From a bacterium (GTDB lineage Bacteria; UBA8248): DNA of 64,000 nt. The notes under the pieces are model-generated. The model saw only the letters and a list, made by a program, of their open reading frames with translations. It searched no databases and had not been told where the DNA came from. The stretch covers positions 3,552,001 to 3,616,000 of the forward strand of contig CBDBZU010000004.1 of NCBI GenBank assembly GCA_965213625.1. The letters run 5' to 3'. The position numbers and the translations under genes were made by a program. Shown here piece by piece: positions 1 through 8,913 of this stretch (position 1 is the stretch's first letter; each line of letters opens with the position of its first letter).

Positions 1-2
1 AT

Positions 3-140
3 GGCTCTTTCTACAAGGACGATCGCAACATCGGGCTCTGGGCCCAGAAACGCGCCCAGCAGTTGGGCGTCGATTTGGGTGATTCATTCGGTGAAACCCT
101 AGAAAAGGGCCGCTCCAAAAAAATTCTCGACAATCTGTGA
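3..140 (+). CDS. 3' end of a CDS entering the window (partial, unknown product)
   Basis: Open frame GSFYKDDRNIGLWAQKRAQQLGVDLG...KILDNL ending in TGA at 138-140, just before tenA. Confidence 0.55.
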   Translation, partial: GSFYKDDRNIGLWAQKRAQQLGVDLGDSFGETLEKGRSKKILDNL

Positions 141-147
141 GGCTACG

Positions 148-828
148 TTGAACCCTGAAACGAGGATGAGCGAAACGCTACGCGCCGAGGTGGAGCCGCT
201 TTGGGAAAAAATTCACGCGCACCCCTTCGTCCGCGGCATCGGGGACGGCACACTGCCGCTGGAGCAGTTTCGTTTCTACATGTGTCAGGACTACATTTTT
301 TTGAAGGAATACAGCCGCGTTATCGCCCTGGCCGTCGTGAAGGCCCCCGACCTGGCAGAGATGGGACGTATCGCCGATCTTTTGAACGCCACGCTGAACA
401 CCGAGATGGAACTCCACAGGGGCTTTGCAGCGAAATTCGGAATCTCGAATGATGAAATCGAAGCGACGAAGCCCGCGCCCACATGCAAGGGATACACCGA
501 TTTCCTGCTGGAGGCGGCCTATTCGGGCACGTTTGGAGAGATAGCCGCCGCCATGCTCCCCTGCCAGTGGGATTACGCCATCATCGGTGAATTGCTCGCC
601 GCCAGAGGCATCCCCGAGAACGCGCCGCTCCATGCCGAGTGGATAGAGACTTACGCGTCTGAAGAGTTCGCGCAACTGGCCCGCTGGCTGCGCGATATGT
701 TCGACGAGGCCGCGTCGACGGCGGGCCCCGCCGAGCGCGAGCGCATGCGCGCGCATTTTCTGATGGGCACGCGATATGAATACCTCTTCTGGGATATGAG
801 CTGGAAGATGGAGGAATGGCCCCTGTAG
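148..828 (+). CDS. tenA: Thiaminase II (TenA); start may be ATG 166
   Basis: HPFVRGIGDGTL, FYMCQDY, LPCQWDY catalytic Cys, YEYLFWDM. Confidence 0.92.
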   Translation: MNPETRMSETLRAEVEPLWEKIHAHPFVRGIGDGTLPLEQFRFYMCQDYIFLKEYSRVIALAVVKAPDLAEMGRIADLLNATLNTEMELHRGFAAKFGISNDEIEATKPAPTCKGYTDFLLEAAYSGTFGEIAAAMLPCQWDYAIIGELLAARGIPENAPLHAEWIETYASEEFAQLARWLRDMFDEAASTAGPAERERMRAHFLMGTRYEYLFWDMSWKMEEWPL

Positions 829-855
829 CCCCAAGCCCGCCTGTCGAGAGAATAT

Positions 856-1389
856 ATGTCCCCCAGAACGCGAAAAGACCTCCCCAATCCGACAAGATGC
901 ACGTGGGCCGAGGGCGACCCGGTGATGGAGAAATACCACGACGAGGAATGGGGATTTCCCGTCCGTACAACCCGTAAACACTTTGAACAATTGACTTTAG
1001 AGATATTTCAGGCGGGCCTCTCCTGGCGCACGATACTCCACAAACGAGAGGCGTTCAGGGAAGAATTCATGCGCTTCTCGCCCGAAAAAGTCGCTTGTTT
1101 CACCGAGAAGGACATCGAGCGCATTCTCGGGAATCCGGGCGTCGTGCGGAATCGCAAGAAGATCGAGGCCACCATCGAGAACGCCGGGAGATTCCTCGCC
1201 ATCAAGAAGAAACACGGCTCGTTCAACCGCTATCTCGCCTCGCTGCCGGACGATCTGCCCTCGCTGCAAAAGATATTCCGCGCGGAATTCACCTTCATGG
1301 GTCCCAAGATCGCCGAAGCTTATCTCGAGAGCGTCGGCAAGATACCCACACCCCACGATCCACACTGCTGGCGCGCGAACAAACAATAA
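856..1389 (+). CDS. tag: DNA-3-methyladenine glycosylase I
   Basis: RCTWA, YHDEEWG, LEIFQAGLSW, RNRKKIEATIENA, C-terminal HxxxC zinc ligands. Confidence 0.92.
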   Translation: MSPRTRKDLPNPTRCTWAEGDPVMEKYHDEEWGFPVRTTRKHFEQLTLEIFQAGLSWRTILHKREAFREEFMRFSPEKVACFTEKDIERILGNPGVVRNRKKIEATIENAGRFLAIKKKHGSFNRYLASLPDDLPSLQKIFRAEFTFMGPKIAEAYLESVGKIPTPHDPHCWRANKQ

Positions 1390-1557
1390 TAGTCTTTAAA
1401 TATCAGTAAGTTGAATTCGATATGTAATGTGTTTTCTCATAACTGCCCAGCCCTTCGTTCCGCTGTTTTGTCTTCACGATAACCCCGTGTGATCATCACC
1501 GGTTCCTCCAGTTCCGCACACCTGCGGCCCGCGAGACTCACGAATCCGGTGGAATCT

Positions 1558-1718
1558 CACCCCCGCAACTCCCCGCATTTGCCGTTTTCGAGAAGGTCGC
1601 GGGCCATGGCAGAATTCCCCTGCGTCGCGGTTCCGCGGCGTCATTTCTGAACAATTTAATTTGTTGGATATTTATCGAAAAACCCCGTGAATTTATCGGT
1701 ATTTATCGATATTTTCAG
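1558..1718 (-). repeat. ~160-bp dispersed intergenic element, copy A
   Basis: Reverse complement aligns with 55868-56027; shared blocks ctgaaaatatcgataaata, gataaattcacggggtttttcg, ccgcgacgcaggggaatt, tgccatggcccgc, aacggcaaatgcggggag. Confidence 0.85.
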
Positions 1719-2018
1719 ATATTATTATTTGTATTTATTTCGATTTCCGCCCCGCCCCGGAGCGGCCATTCTTCACCTGCGAGCAGCACCCGTTTCCCCC
1801 CCCTGAAAACCGAGGGCCTGCGGGCGGCCTTCCTATCGTACCCCGTCGCCCCGAAATGCAGGTGACGGCAATTGCCGGGAAATGCGCGTCCCCCGCTCCA
1901 GCGAGGGGCACGACGACTTCGCCTGCGCGCCTTGCGTCACCGGCGATGCGGAGCGGGTTCATCCGGCTTCATGATTGCAGCCGGAGCCAATCGGCACGCC
2001 GCGCGCCTCCCCTGCTCC

Positions 2019-2966
2019 CTACTCAGGCGCCGCCTCGCGCTTCGGCGCTTTAAGCGGCAGCCCCAGCACGCGGGCCGGGTTCTTGTGCAGCATCGTCTCT
2101 ATCTCGCGAGGCTTGATGCCGTTCTCGAGCATGAGCTGTACGAACACGCGCAGGCCCTCCCAGGGAGGTGCGTTGTGGAGCTGGCCCAGGTCGGTGGAAA
2201 GAATCGTCCTGGCCGCGCCCACGGCCTTCACCATCTTCGCCTGCTCCTTCACGGAGATGGGCGGCGCGTTCTCATCCGTCGGGTACGCGCCCCAGTGGGT
2301 GAAGCAGAATATCGCCAGGTGCTCGATGTAGGCCCCCATCTTGGCGAATTCCACCTGCTCCTCGATGGACGCGTCCACGATGTACTCGGGGTGCTGCACG
2401 ATGATGTGCTTCACCCCCTCTTCTTTCGCGAGGGGGATCAGGGCGCGCACCTCCTCCACGTCCAGGTGCCCCGTGCTCAGGCAGATTCCCGCGTCGGCGA
2501 TGAGCTTGCAGATGGTCTTGACCTCAGGGAGTATCTTGGTGCGTTTCGCATCGGAGAAGATGGTGAGACCCTCTTCTTTCAGCTTCACGCCGCTTGTCTG
2601 CTTCATGCCCGGGAAATGCGGCGCGCCCAGTTTTTCCAGGTGGTTCAGCGAGCTGATGGTGGGCATCCAGACCATCTTCGCCCCCATCTTGATGGCGGTG
2701 TCCACCGCGAAGGGGTTGAACCCGCCCACCGGGCTGTTGAGCGCGATGCCCCCGTATATCTCGATGGCGTCGCCCATCACCTCGCGCACGATGGGGATGC
2801 GGCCCGACGTATCGCCGTGATGAATCTTGAACACCACGCCGCGCATGCCCACCGATGCCGCACCGCGCGCGCACTCGATGTGGTCGCAGACGCGCGGGAA
2901 CAGGCTGGGCGATGCGTGGATGTGGGTGTCGATTGCGCCGTGGAGCAGCCTCTGGTCTTCTCTCAT
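2019..2966 (-). CDS. Amidohydrolase-superfamily TIM-barrel protein (DUF6282-like)
   Basis: IDTHIH metal motif, VFKIHH, VWMPT, STGH, QHPE, STDLGQ. Confidence 0.75.
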   Translation of the reverse strand: MREDQRLLHGAIDTHIHASPSLFPRVCDHIECARGAASVGMRGVVFKIHHGDTSGRIPIVREVMGDAIEIYGGIALNSPVGGFNPFAVDTAIKMGAKMVWMPTISSLNHLEKLGAPHFPGMKQTSGVKLKEEGLTIFSDAKRTKILPEVKTICKLIADAGICLSTGHLDVEEVRALIPLAKEEGVKHIIVQHPEYIVDASIEEQVEFAKMGAYIEHLAIFCFTHWGAYPTDENAPPISVKEQAKMVKAVGAARTILSTDLGQLHNAPPWEGLRVFVQLMLENGIKPREIETMLHKNPARVLGLPLKAPKREAAPE

Positions 2967-3166
2967 GCCGTTCCTTTCCGGTTTTGTGTGGTAACGGATT
3001 CCTGGTTATGAAAGCTACAGAATCGCCGCCGTTCGGGCAACGCGGCTTGGCTTTTCAGCCGACCGCCCTTGCGGCTATAGTGTCCGCCGTCCCCATTTGG
3101 AATGAACGAGCACAGGACAGCGATGTAAATTTACATAAAACAAATGTGTGAAAGGAGTGAAGCAGC

Positions 3167-3976
3167 ATGAAAATCGGTTATGTGGTTGCAACACCCGACG
3201 TGACGACCCCCTTGATGCCCGCGGTGCGCGGCGCGTTCCGGGACAATCTCATGTTTCTGAAAAACCTTGGCTTCGACGGCGTGGAACTCGCGACGCGCGA
3301 CACCGGCGCTTTCGATAAGGACGAGCTGCGCCGCACGCTTGAGGAAACGGGCCTGGAACCCTCCCTCATCGGCACGGCGCCGATCTCCTACCAGGACGAG
3401 ATCGAAATCTGCCATCCCGAGGCGGACGTTCGCGCCAAGGCGCTGGAGCGCCTGTTCGGCCACATCGACTTTGCGGGCGAGTTGGGCTGTCCGGTGAACA
3501 TAGGCCGCTTCCGGGGGAATTTCCTGGAAGACGAAAGGAGAGCGGCGTCCGAAGCCTGGATGTGGGATGGATTGCGCGCGGGTGCTGACAGGGCCGGTGA
3601 GCGCGGCATCAAAATGCTCTTCGAGCCGCACCACCGCTTCAACACGAATTTCGTGCGCTCCACAAGAGAGGGCCTGGAGTTTCTGGACGAGATGAACCAC
3701 GAGGCGGTGGGTTTCCTCATCGACAGCTTCCACATGAACATCGAGGACGCCTCTTTCTCAGGCGCAATCCGCGAGGCGGGCGACAGGATCGATTACTTCC
3801 ACATCGCCGACAACATGCGCACCTACCCGGGTTCGGGCCACATTCCATTCGATGAGATTATCGGCGCGCTCAAGGAAGTCGGCTATGCGGGCTATCTCTC
3901 GGCCCAGCTCGCCCAGAAGCCCGACTTCGAGACGGCGTCGACAAAGACGATTGAATATCTAAAGGCCCGCTTGTGA
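3167..3976 (+). CDS. Sugar phosphate isomerase/epimerase (xylose isomerase-like TIM barrel)
   Basis: GFDGVEL, FEPHHRF, IDSFHMNIED, YFHIADN, PGSGHIPF; RBS aaggag. Confidence 0.85.
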   Translation: MKIGYVVATPDVTTPLMPAVRGAFRDNLMFLKNLGFDGVELATRDTGAFDKDELRRTLEETGLEPSLIGTAPISYQDEIEICHPEADVRAKALERLFGHIDFAGELGCPVNIGRFRGNFLEDERRAASEAWMWDGLRAGADRAGERGIKMLFEPHHRFNTNFVRSTREGLEFLDEMNHEAVGFLIDSFHMNIEDASFSGAIREAGDRIDYFHIADNMRTYPGSGHIPFDEIIGALKEVGYAGYLSAQLAQKPDFETASTKTIEYLKARL

Positions 3977-4001
3977 TGCTTGGTCTATCGGAGATGAAAC
4001 G

Positions 4002-4766
4002 GTGATAAATCAATTCAGGATGGACGGCCGCGTCGCCCTCGTGACGGGCGGCACCTCGGGCATCGGACTGGCGATTGCGAAGGCGCTCGCGGATGCAGGC
4101 GCCAGTGTCGTGGTCGCGGGCCGCTCTCAGGAGCGCGGCGATGAAGCGCTCGAAGCCTTCCGGGCGGATGGTCTAAGCGCGCAGTTTCTCGCCTGCGACG
4201 TCGGGGACGCAGACTCGGTTTCCACTCTCATAGGAGAGGTGGCTTCGAGCCACGGGGGCCTTCACGTCCTGGTGAACAGCGCCGCTATCAACATCGTAAA
4301 GCCAGCGCTCGACCACGCGCCCGAAGACGTGGACGCGCTCCTGGCCTCGAACGTGCGCGGCGCGTTTCTGTGCGCGCAAACAGCGGCCAAAGTGATGGTC
4401 GATCAAGGCAGCGGAAAAATCGTTCTCCTGACCTCCATGGTGGCCGAGCGCGCCGTACCGAACCAGGCCGTCTACGTCGCCACCAAGGGCGCGGTCGTCT
4501 CCCTGACGCGCGCGCTGGCGCTCGAATGGGCGCCGCACGGCATCCAGGTGAACGCCCTGGGACCGCAACTCACCAAAACGCCGATGACGGGGGGGTTGTT
4601 CGCCAATCCCGAGAAGATGGCGGAAGTCCACGCGCGAACGCCTGCTGGACGCGTGGGCGCGCCTGAGGATTTGACGGGAGCGGCGCTCTTCCTCTGCTCC
4701 TCGGCTTCCGATTACCTAACCGGACAGCACATCATCGTGGACGGCGGCCGCGGCGCCGCGGGGTGA
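4002..4766 (+). CDS. SDR family oxidoreductase
   Basis: TGGTSGIG, VNSAA, YVATK (YxxxK). Confidence 0.92.
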   Translation: MINQFRMDGRVALVTGGTSGIGLAIAKALADAGASVVVAGRSQERGDEALEAFRADGLSAQFLACDVGDADSVSTLIGEVASSHGGLHVLVNSAAINIVKPALDHAPEDVDALLASNVRGAFLCAQTAAKVMVDQGSGKIVLLTSMVAERAVPNQAVYVATKGAVVSLTRALALEWAPHGIQVNALGPQLTKTPMTGGLFANPEKMAEVHARTPAGRVGAPEDLTGAALFLCSSASDYLTGQHIIVDGGRGAAG

Positions 4767-4774
4767 ATTTCATA

Positions 4775-4930
4775 CTCCCCCTTCCCTTCGGGAAGCGTGA
4801 AAAAAGCCCCCCTGACAAGGGGGGTTGGGGGGTTTACGGCAAGGAGGGGTGATGCCGCACGGAAATTCGTAGCCCCCGCGCCTGTCCTCCATGCTGCATC
4901 CTGACAAAGGACAACCACGGGGGGCACAAT
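4775..4930. repeat. Cluster of REP-like palindromes
   Basis: cccccctgacaagggggg (inverse form at ~55481-55500); gtag..gcctgtcct and aaaggacaaccacgg units recur at 6836, 36670 and 36715. Confidence 0.65.
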
Positions 4931-4962
4931 CAACGAGAAAAGAAGTTCACTCCCCCCTTGAG

Positions 4963-6482
4963 GGGTCTGTTGAAAAACCCGGTGTTGGAAGCGGGCGTTT
5001 TGGCGGCTCACGCGGCGGCGGGGAGGCAGCCCAATTGGCGCGTGAGGGCGCCATGTGCGCGCAGCCGGCGTCTCCGGGCGGCACAGGCCGTCCAGAGGGC
5101 GAATATACGCGCCGCAAAAGCGGCGGCCAGCCGCTTGAGGTTCACCGCTATCGCCGTCAGGTAGGACTGGATCCGCATGTTCGCAAGGCCCCGGCGCACC
5201 GCCCGCCCCAGTCCGTGCCGGCTCTTCGCCTCGCCGTGGTAGCCCTCCGAGCGCCAACGGTGGCGGCCATAGAGACGCTTCTCCTCCTCCCCCCAGCGCG
5301 CATGCCGCCGACGCGCGCGCAACAGCGCCGGATACGCGTTGGGAATCAACACCGCCTTGCTCGTTTGCGACTTCGACAGACAATCGGACCTGAGCGCGCA
5401 GCCCGCGCAATCCCGCGTCTTCGATACATAGGAGCGCCCCCGCTCCGTCGCCTGCCGGGGACGCAGCGTCTTGCCTCCCGGACACTTCACCACCTCGTTG
5501 CGCGCATCGTAGTGGAACAACTGCAGCGGAACACGGCTCTGGCTGGGTTCCTTCTTCGCTGGTATCAGCGCTTCCACGCCCCGCCGCTCCAATTCGCCAT
5601 AAACCTTCGAGTACGCGTAGCCCGAATCCGCCGTCACCATCTCCGGCGCGCGGCCCGACAACTCGCTTACCGCCTCTATATGGGACGCCATCATCTCACG
5701 CTCGTTCCGCGTCCCCTCCGTCACCGACACGTCGAGAACAACACCCCGCTCATCGTCCACCGCCGCGTGCTGCTTGTAGCTCGGCTCGAACCCCGCCCGC
5801 GCGCTCTTGCGCGCAAGCCGCGCGTCCGGGTCCGTCCGGCTCACCCGACCCCCGCCACCGCGGCCTCCTCCCTTCTTCTCCCCCTCATCATCGACGGGAT
5901 TCTCCCGAATCACCTTCTCCGCGTGGTGCGCCGCCAGACTCTCCCAGCTCACGTCCGCGCGTATCAACGAGGCGTCCACGTGTACCACTTCCCCCTTCGC
6001 CACATTCGCCTCCAGGCAAGCCTGCACCGTGCGACGGAATATCTCCTTGAACCGAGCCTCCCCCCACCGCTGACGAATCCGCGTCAGGCTCGAATGATGC
6101 GGCAAATCCTCGTGCAGCCCGTACCCGATGAACCACCGGATCGCCAGGTGCGCACGCGCCTCGCGAAGCAGACGCCGGTCGTGTACGTAGCCCAGCAACA
6201 TACCCGCCAGCATCAGGCGCAACGCCACCTCCGGGTCGATCCCCGGTCGACCGTTATCCGCGCAATAGCAATCCGCCACCTCCGCGCGAAGCCAACTCAA
6301 ATCCAGTACGCGGTCCACGCGCATCAGGACGTGATCCTCGGGGATCAACCGTTCCAGCGAACCGGCCACGAACAAATCCATCTGCTCGCGCCCCTTGCTG
6401 CCTATCATCTCGGGAACTCCCATCTCGGGCGAGATAGTGTCATTACACCCAATCACAATGCCGGGGGTTTTTCAACAGCCCC
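4963..6482 (-). mobile_element. IS1182-family insertion sequence, copy 1 (1520 bp)
   Basis: 15-bp terminal IRs gggtctgttgaaaaa / tttttcaacagcccc; 5-bp direct repeat ttgag at 4958-4962 and 6483-6487. Confidence 0.92.
5008..6408 (-). CDS. IS1182-family DDE transposase (likely start MIGSKGREQMDLF)
   Basis: LIPEDH, GRPGIDP, HSSLTR, VDAS, ADSGY, CPGG/CAGC, RWRSEG, GLGR...RGL. Confidence 0.92.
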   Translation of the reverse strand: MIGSKGREQMDLFVAGSLERLIPEDHVLMRVDRVLDLSWLRAEVADCYCADNGRPGIDPEVALRLMLAGMLLGYVHDRRLLREARAHLAIRWFIGYGLHEDLPHHSSLTRIRQRWGEARFKEIFRRTVQACLEANVAKGEVVHVDASLIRADVSWESLAAHHAEKVIRENPVDDEGEKKGGGRGGGGRVSRTDPDARLARKSARAGFEPSYKQHAAVDDERGVVLDVSVTEGTRNEREMMASHIEAVSELSGRAPEMVTADSGYAYSKVYGELERRGVEALIPAKKEPSQSRVPLQLFHYDARNEVVKCPGGKTLRPRQATERGRSYVSKTRDCAGCALRSDCLSKSQTSKAVLIPNAYPALLRARRRHARWGEEEKRLYGRHRWRSEGYHGEAKSRHGLGRAVRRGLANMRIQSYLTAIAVNLKRLAAAFAARIFALWTACAARRRRLRAHGALTRQLGCLPAAA

Positions 6483-6627
6483 TTGAGGGGGAGTCGAAGA
6501 GGCCAAGCCCTTGGGCGAAGGCCGATTCGGTGGGGGGACGGTTCTAAATGAAAAGCTCCCCCCACCGGTTCGGTTTCGGGGGAAAACCCCCTCACCTCAC
6601 CGACTCCCCCTCAAGGGGGGAGTGAAT
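6483..6627 (+). repeat. Composite palindromic element (REPIN/BIME-like) whose left palindrome is split by IS copy 1
   Basis: Homologous in reverse orientation to 10468-10600; bounded by actcccccc(ttga/tcaa)ggggggagt palindromes. Confidence 0.8.
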
Positions 6628-6649
6628 CCCTTTCCACCTCGGTCAGGGT

Positions 6650-6865
6650 TAACCCTCAAGGGAGGAGTTGATTTGTAATTCTCCTCAGTGGGGAGCGGTC
6701 TTGGTAGGGGTCGCATATCATGCGACCCGGATTTTTCGTGCCTGCCGCGAACGGGCCGCATGGATATGTGAGGGGCGACCCCGAGGAGGGGTCGCCACCT
6801 ACAAACGAGATTCCGCACCGTCGATGAACAAGAATGTAGGGATAGGCCCCCGTGCCTGTCCTTAC
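6650..6865. repeat. REP-like hairpin cluster
   Basis: gtaggggtcgcatatcatgcgaccc; ggggcgaccccgaggaggggtcgccacctac; gtagggataggcccccgtgcctgtcct. Confidence 0.65.
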
Positions 6866-6916
6866 GGACCTCCCCCCCTCGGCCCCATACGCCGAATCGC
6901 GAAATAATGACTCCCC

Positions 6917-8686
6917 CTACTCCCCCTCTTTCGGCGGGATAATGGGCAGCAGGAGGTAAGGAGCCCGCCCGCCGCCGGCGTGGAGCGTCACCTTGTTGTC
7001 GAAAACGGCCGCTGGCCTGTCGTCGGGGTCGTTGTGCGTCATGCCGCCCGTCCCTTTCGTGGAGTAGTGGAACTGCTTGCCGAACTCGCTGAGCTCGCCC
7101 GTGTATTCATAGTCCTTCCCGCGCACGGTGAACGCCACCTGCCAGCCGGCGGGCACGACGATGCACGAGGTGACGATTTCCACGTCGCACTCATACACTT
7201 GGCCAGGCGTGAGCTTTTCCGCCTTGTCGTGGGGATGGTAGGGCCGGTAGAAGGTGCTCTTCTCCGGATCCAAAGCCCGGTGCGAGACGCGCAGCCAGCC
7301 ATTCGCAATCGGCGTGTGCGGGTCGGTGGAGCCCATGAAGGTGAGTTCCTTACCCTCGGGGTCGAACACGCGGACGATGATGAAGAGGTCCGCGTCCTCG
7401 GTCGATGAGGAGACGAAGAGCTTGGACGCCATCGGGCCCGTGATCTCGGTATCCTCCTCCATCGGCGGCATCCAGAACGTCACGCCGTCCCCCATGCCGT
7501 CGTATTCGAGGCTCGCCTCCCCTGCGGCGGGTTCGGTGCTGAGCGCCTTGTTTTCCAGATCGAGATAGAACTTCGTCCACTGCGTGCGCGCCAGGGGCCA
7601 CTCGTTCTCGTAGCGATGGACGAACTTCGGCCCGGGGTGGCGGATGTTGAGCGCGACCGGCGGGGTCTTGTCCCAGCCGTTGTCGATTCCCTTCAGGAAG
7701 TAGTCGAAAAAGCGCTTCTGGAGGTCGAGGCCGTAGGCGCTCGAGAAGAGCGACCAGTGGGAATCCCCGTGCGCTTCGAGCCACTTCTGTTCCGAGGGCG
7801 TTTCGATATAGCCGTTGAAATTCCCGCGCGGGTGGATGCCCTGCCCGCCCCAGTTGGCGCAGGTGAGAAGCGGGAGCGTGACTTTCGAGAGGTCGCCGGA
7901 ACGGTCCCGGTGCCACTGGTCGTCGAAGGGATGTTTCTTGAGTTCCTCGAATGCGTTGACGCGGTTTTGCGCGAGTTCTTCATCGGTGAGCGTGATGGGT
8001 CCTGCCGCGGACTCTCCCGTTACGGGGTGTTTCCGCGCGTTCTCGCCGCGTCCGTACTGGACGTTCATCACCTGGACTTTCGACCACTGCTCCTGGAACT
8101 GGCTCAGGATGCCCCCGTGGTAGCCCGAATCGCGGTAGGTGTCGTTCCCGCCCTCCCAGGGGATGATGGCGGTCAAGTGCGGAGGCTTTCGGCCCGCGAT
8201 GCGCCACTGGTTCCGCGAGTAATAGGAGATGCCCAGCATCCCCACATTGCCGTTGCTCCACTCCTGCACGCCCGCCCATTCGATGCACTCATACAGGTCG
8301 TCGATCTCACGAGGCGAGTTGGGCGCCATGAAGCCGGGCGACCAGCCCGCCCCGCGCGAGTCCACGCGAACGCAGACGTAGCCGTGCGGAATCCAGCACT
8401 CGGGGTCCGTCACCTCCCAGTTCTGGTACTTGTTCGTGGACATCTCGAGAATTTCGGGATAATCCGCCACCATCTTGTTCCACTGGTGGTGATAGCCCTC
8501 CTGGTAGGCCACCCCCTTGGCGTAGATGCCATACGTCAGGATGACGGGGTATTTCCCCTCCTCGATGGGCCGGAAAACGTCGGCGCGCAGCACGAGGCCG
8601 TCGTCCATCTCGATGGGCTGGTGCCAGGTGATGCGCATTCCGTCGCGGTCTTCTGTTCTCGCGTTTACTTGGGGGGCCTCACTCAT
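6917..8686 (-). CDS. CocE/NonD family alpha/beta hydrolase
   Basis: DDGLVLRADVFRP, VDSRG, GISYY nucleophile motif, IPWEG, C-terminal PepX-like domain (EITGP, GWLR). Confidence 0.9.
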   Translation of the reverse strand: MSEAPQVNARTEDRDGMRITWHQPIEMDDGLVLRADVFRPIEEGKYPVILTYGIYAKGVAYQEGYHHQWNKMVADYPEILEMSTNKYQNWEVTDPECWIPHGYVCVRVDSRGAGWSPGFMAPNSPREIDDLYECIEWAGVQEWSNGNVGMLGISYYSRNQWRIAGRKPPHLTAIIPWEGGNDTYRDSGYHGGILSQFQEQWSKVQVMNVQYGRGENARKHPVTGESAAGPITLTDEELAQNRVNAFEELKKHPFDDQWHRDRSGDLSKVTLPLLTCANWGGQGIHPRGNFNGYIETPSEQKWLEAHGDSHWSLFSSAYGLDLQKRFFDYFLKGIDNGWDKTPPVALNIRHPGPKFVHRYENEWPLARTQWTKFYLDLENKALSTEPAAGEASLEYDGMGDGVTFWMPPMEEDTEITGPMASKLFVSSSTEDADLFIIVRVFDPEGKELTFMGSTDPHTPIANGWLRVSHRALDPEKSTFYRPYHPHDKAEKLTPGQVYECDVEIVTSCIVVPAGWQVAFTVRGKDYEYTGELSEFGKQFHYSTKGTGGMTHNDPDDRPAAVFDNKVTLHAGGGRAPYLLLPIIPPKEGE

Positions 8687-8913
8687 GCGTGGTTCCTTTC
8701 TTTTAGCGTTGATAACGAATTCCTGTTTTTCCGTTTATTCGGCGCCTGCGTTTGAAAATCATGTACTACAATTGACGGCATCTTTTTTGCTTGGTTTTTT
8801 CTCATTCCCCTTTGAGGGGGTCAGGCATCCCGAGGGGAATGCCCGATGAAAAAGTCCTCATATCCGAGGATATGACTCGTCTGGTGAAAGAGCAAAATTC
8901 ACTCCCCCCTCAA

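Noticed and set aside
1-165. TPP riboswitch upstream of tenA
   Set aside because: The region is the 3' end of an upstream CDS; no TPP aptamer motifs are visible
1431-1607. UGA readthrough of the micro-ORF in repeat copy A as a third selenoprotein
   Set aside because: No CxxU context, the paralogous codon is TGG (Trp) rather than Cys, and no clear SECIS was seen
4891-6486. Long plus-strand ORFs opposite the transposases (also 9004-10437, 49045-50283)
   Set aside because: Antisense shadows of GC-rich transposase genes; no recognisable motifs
6483-6870. Repeat clusters as possible CRISPR arrays
   Set aside because: No regularly spaced identical repeats with unique spacers and no cas genes; they are palindromic REP-like units
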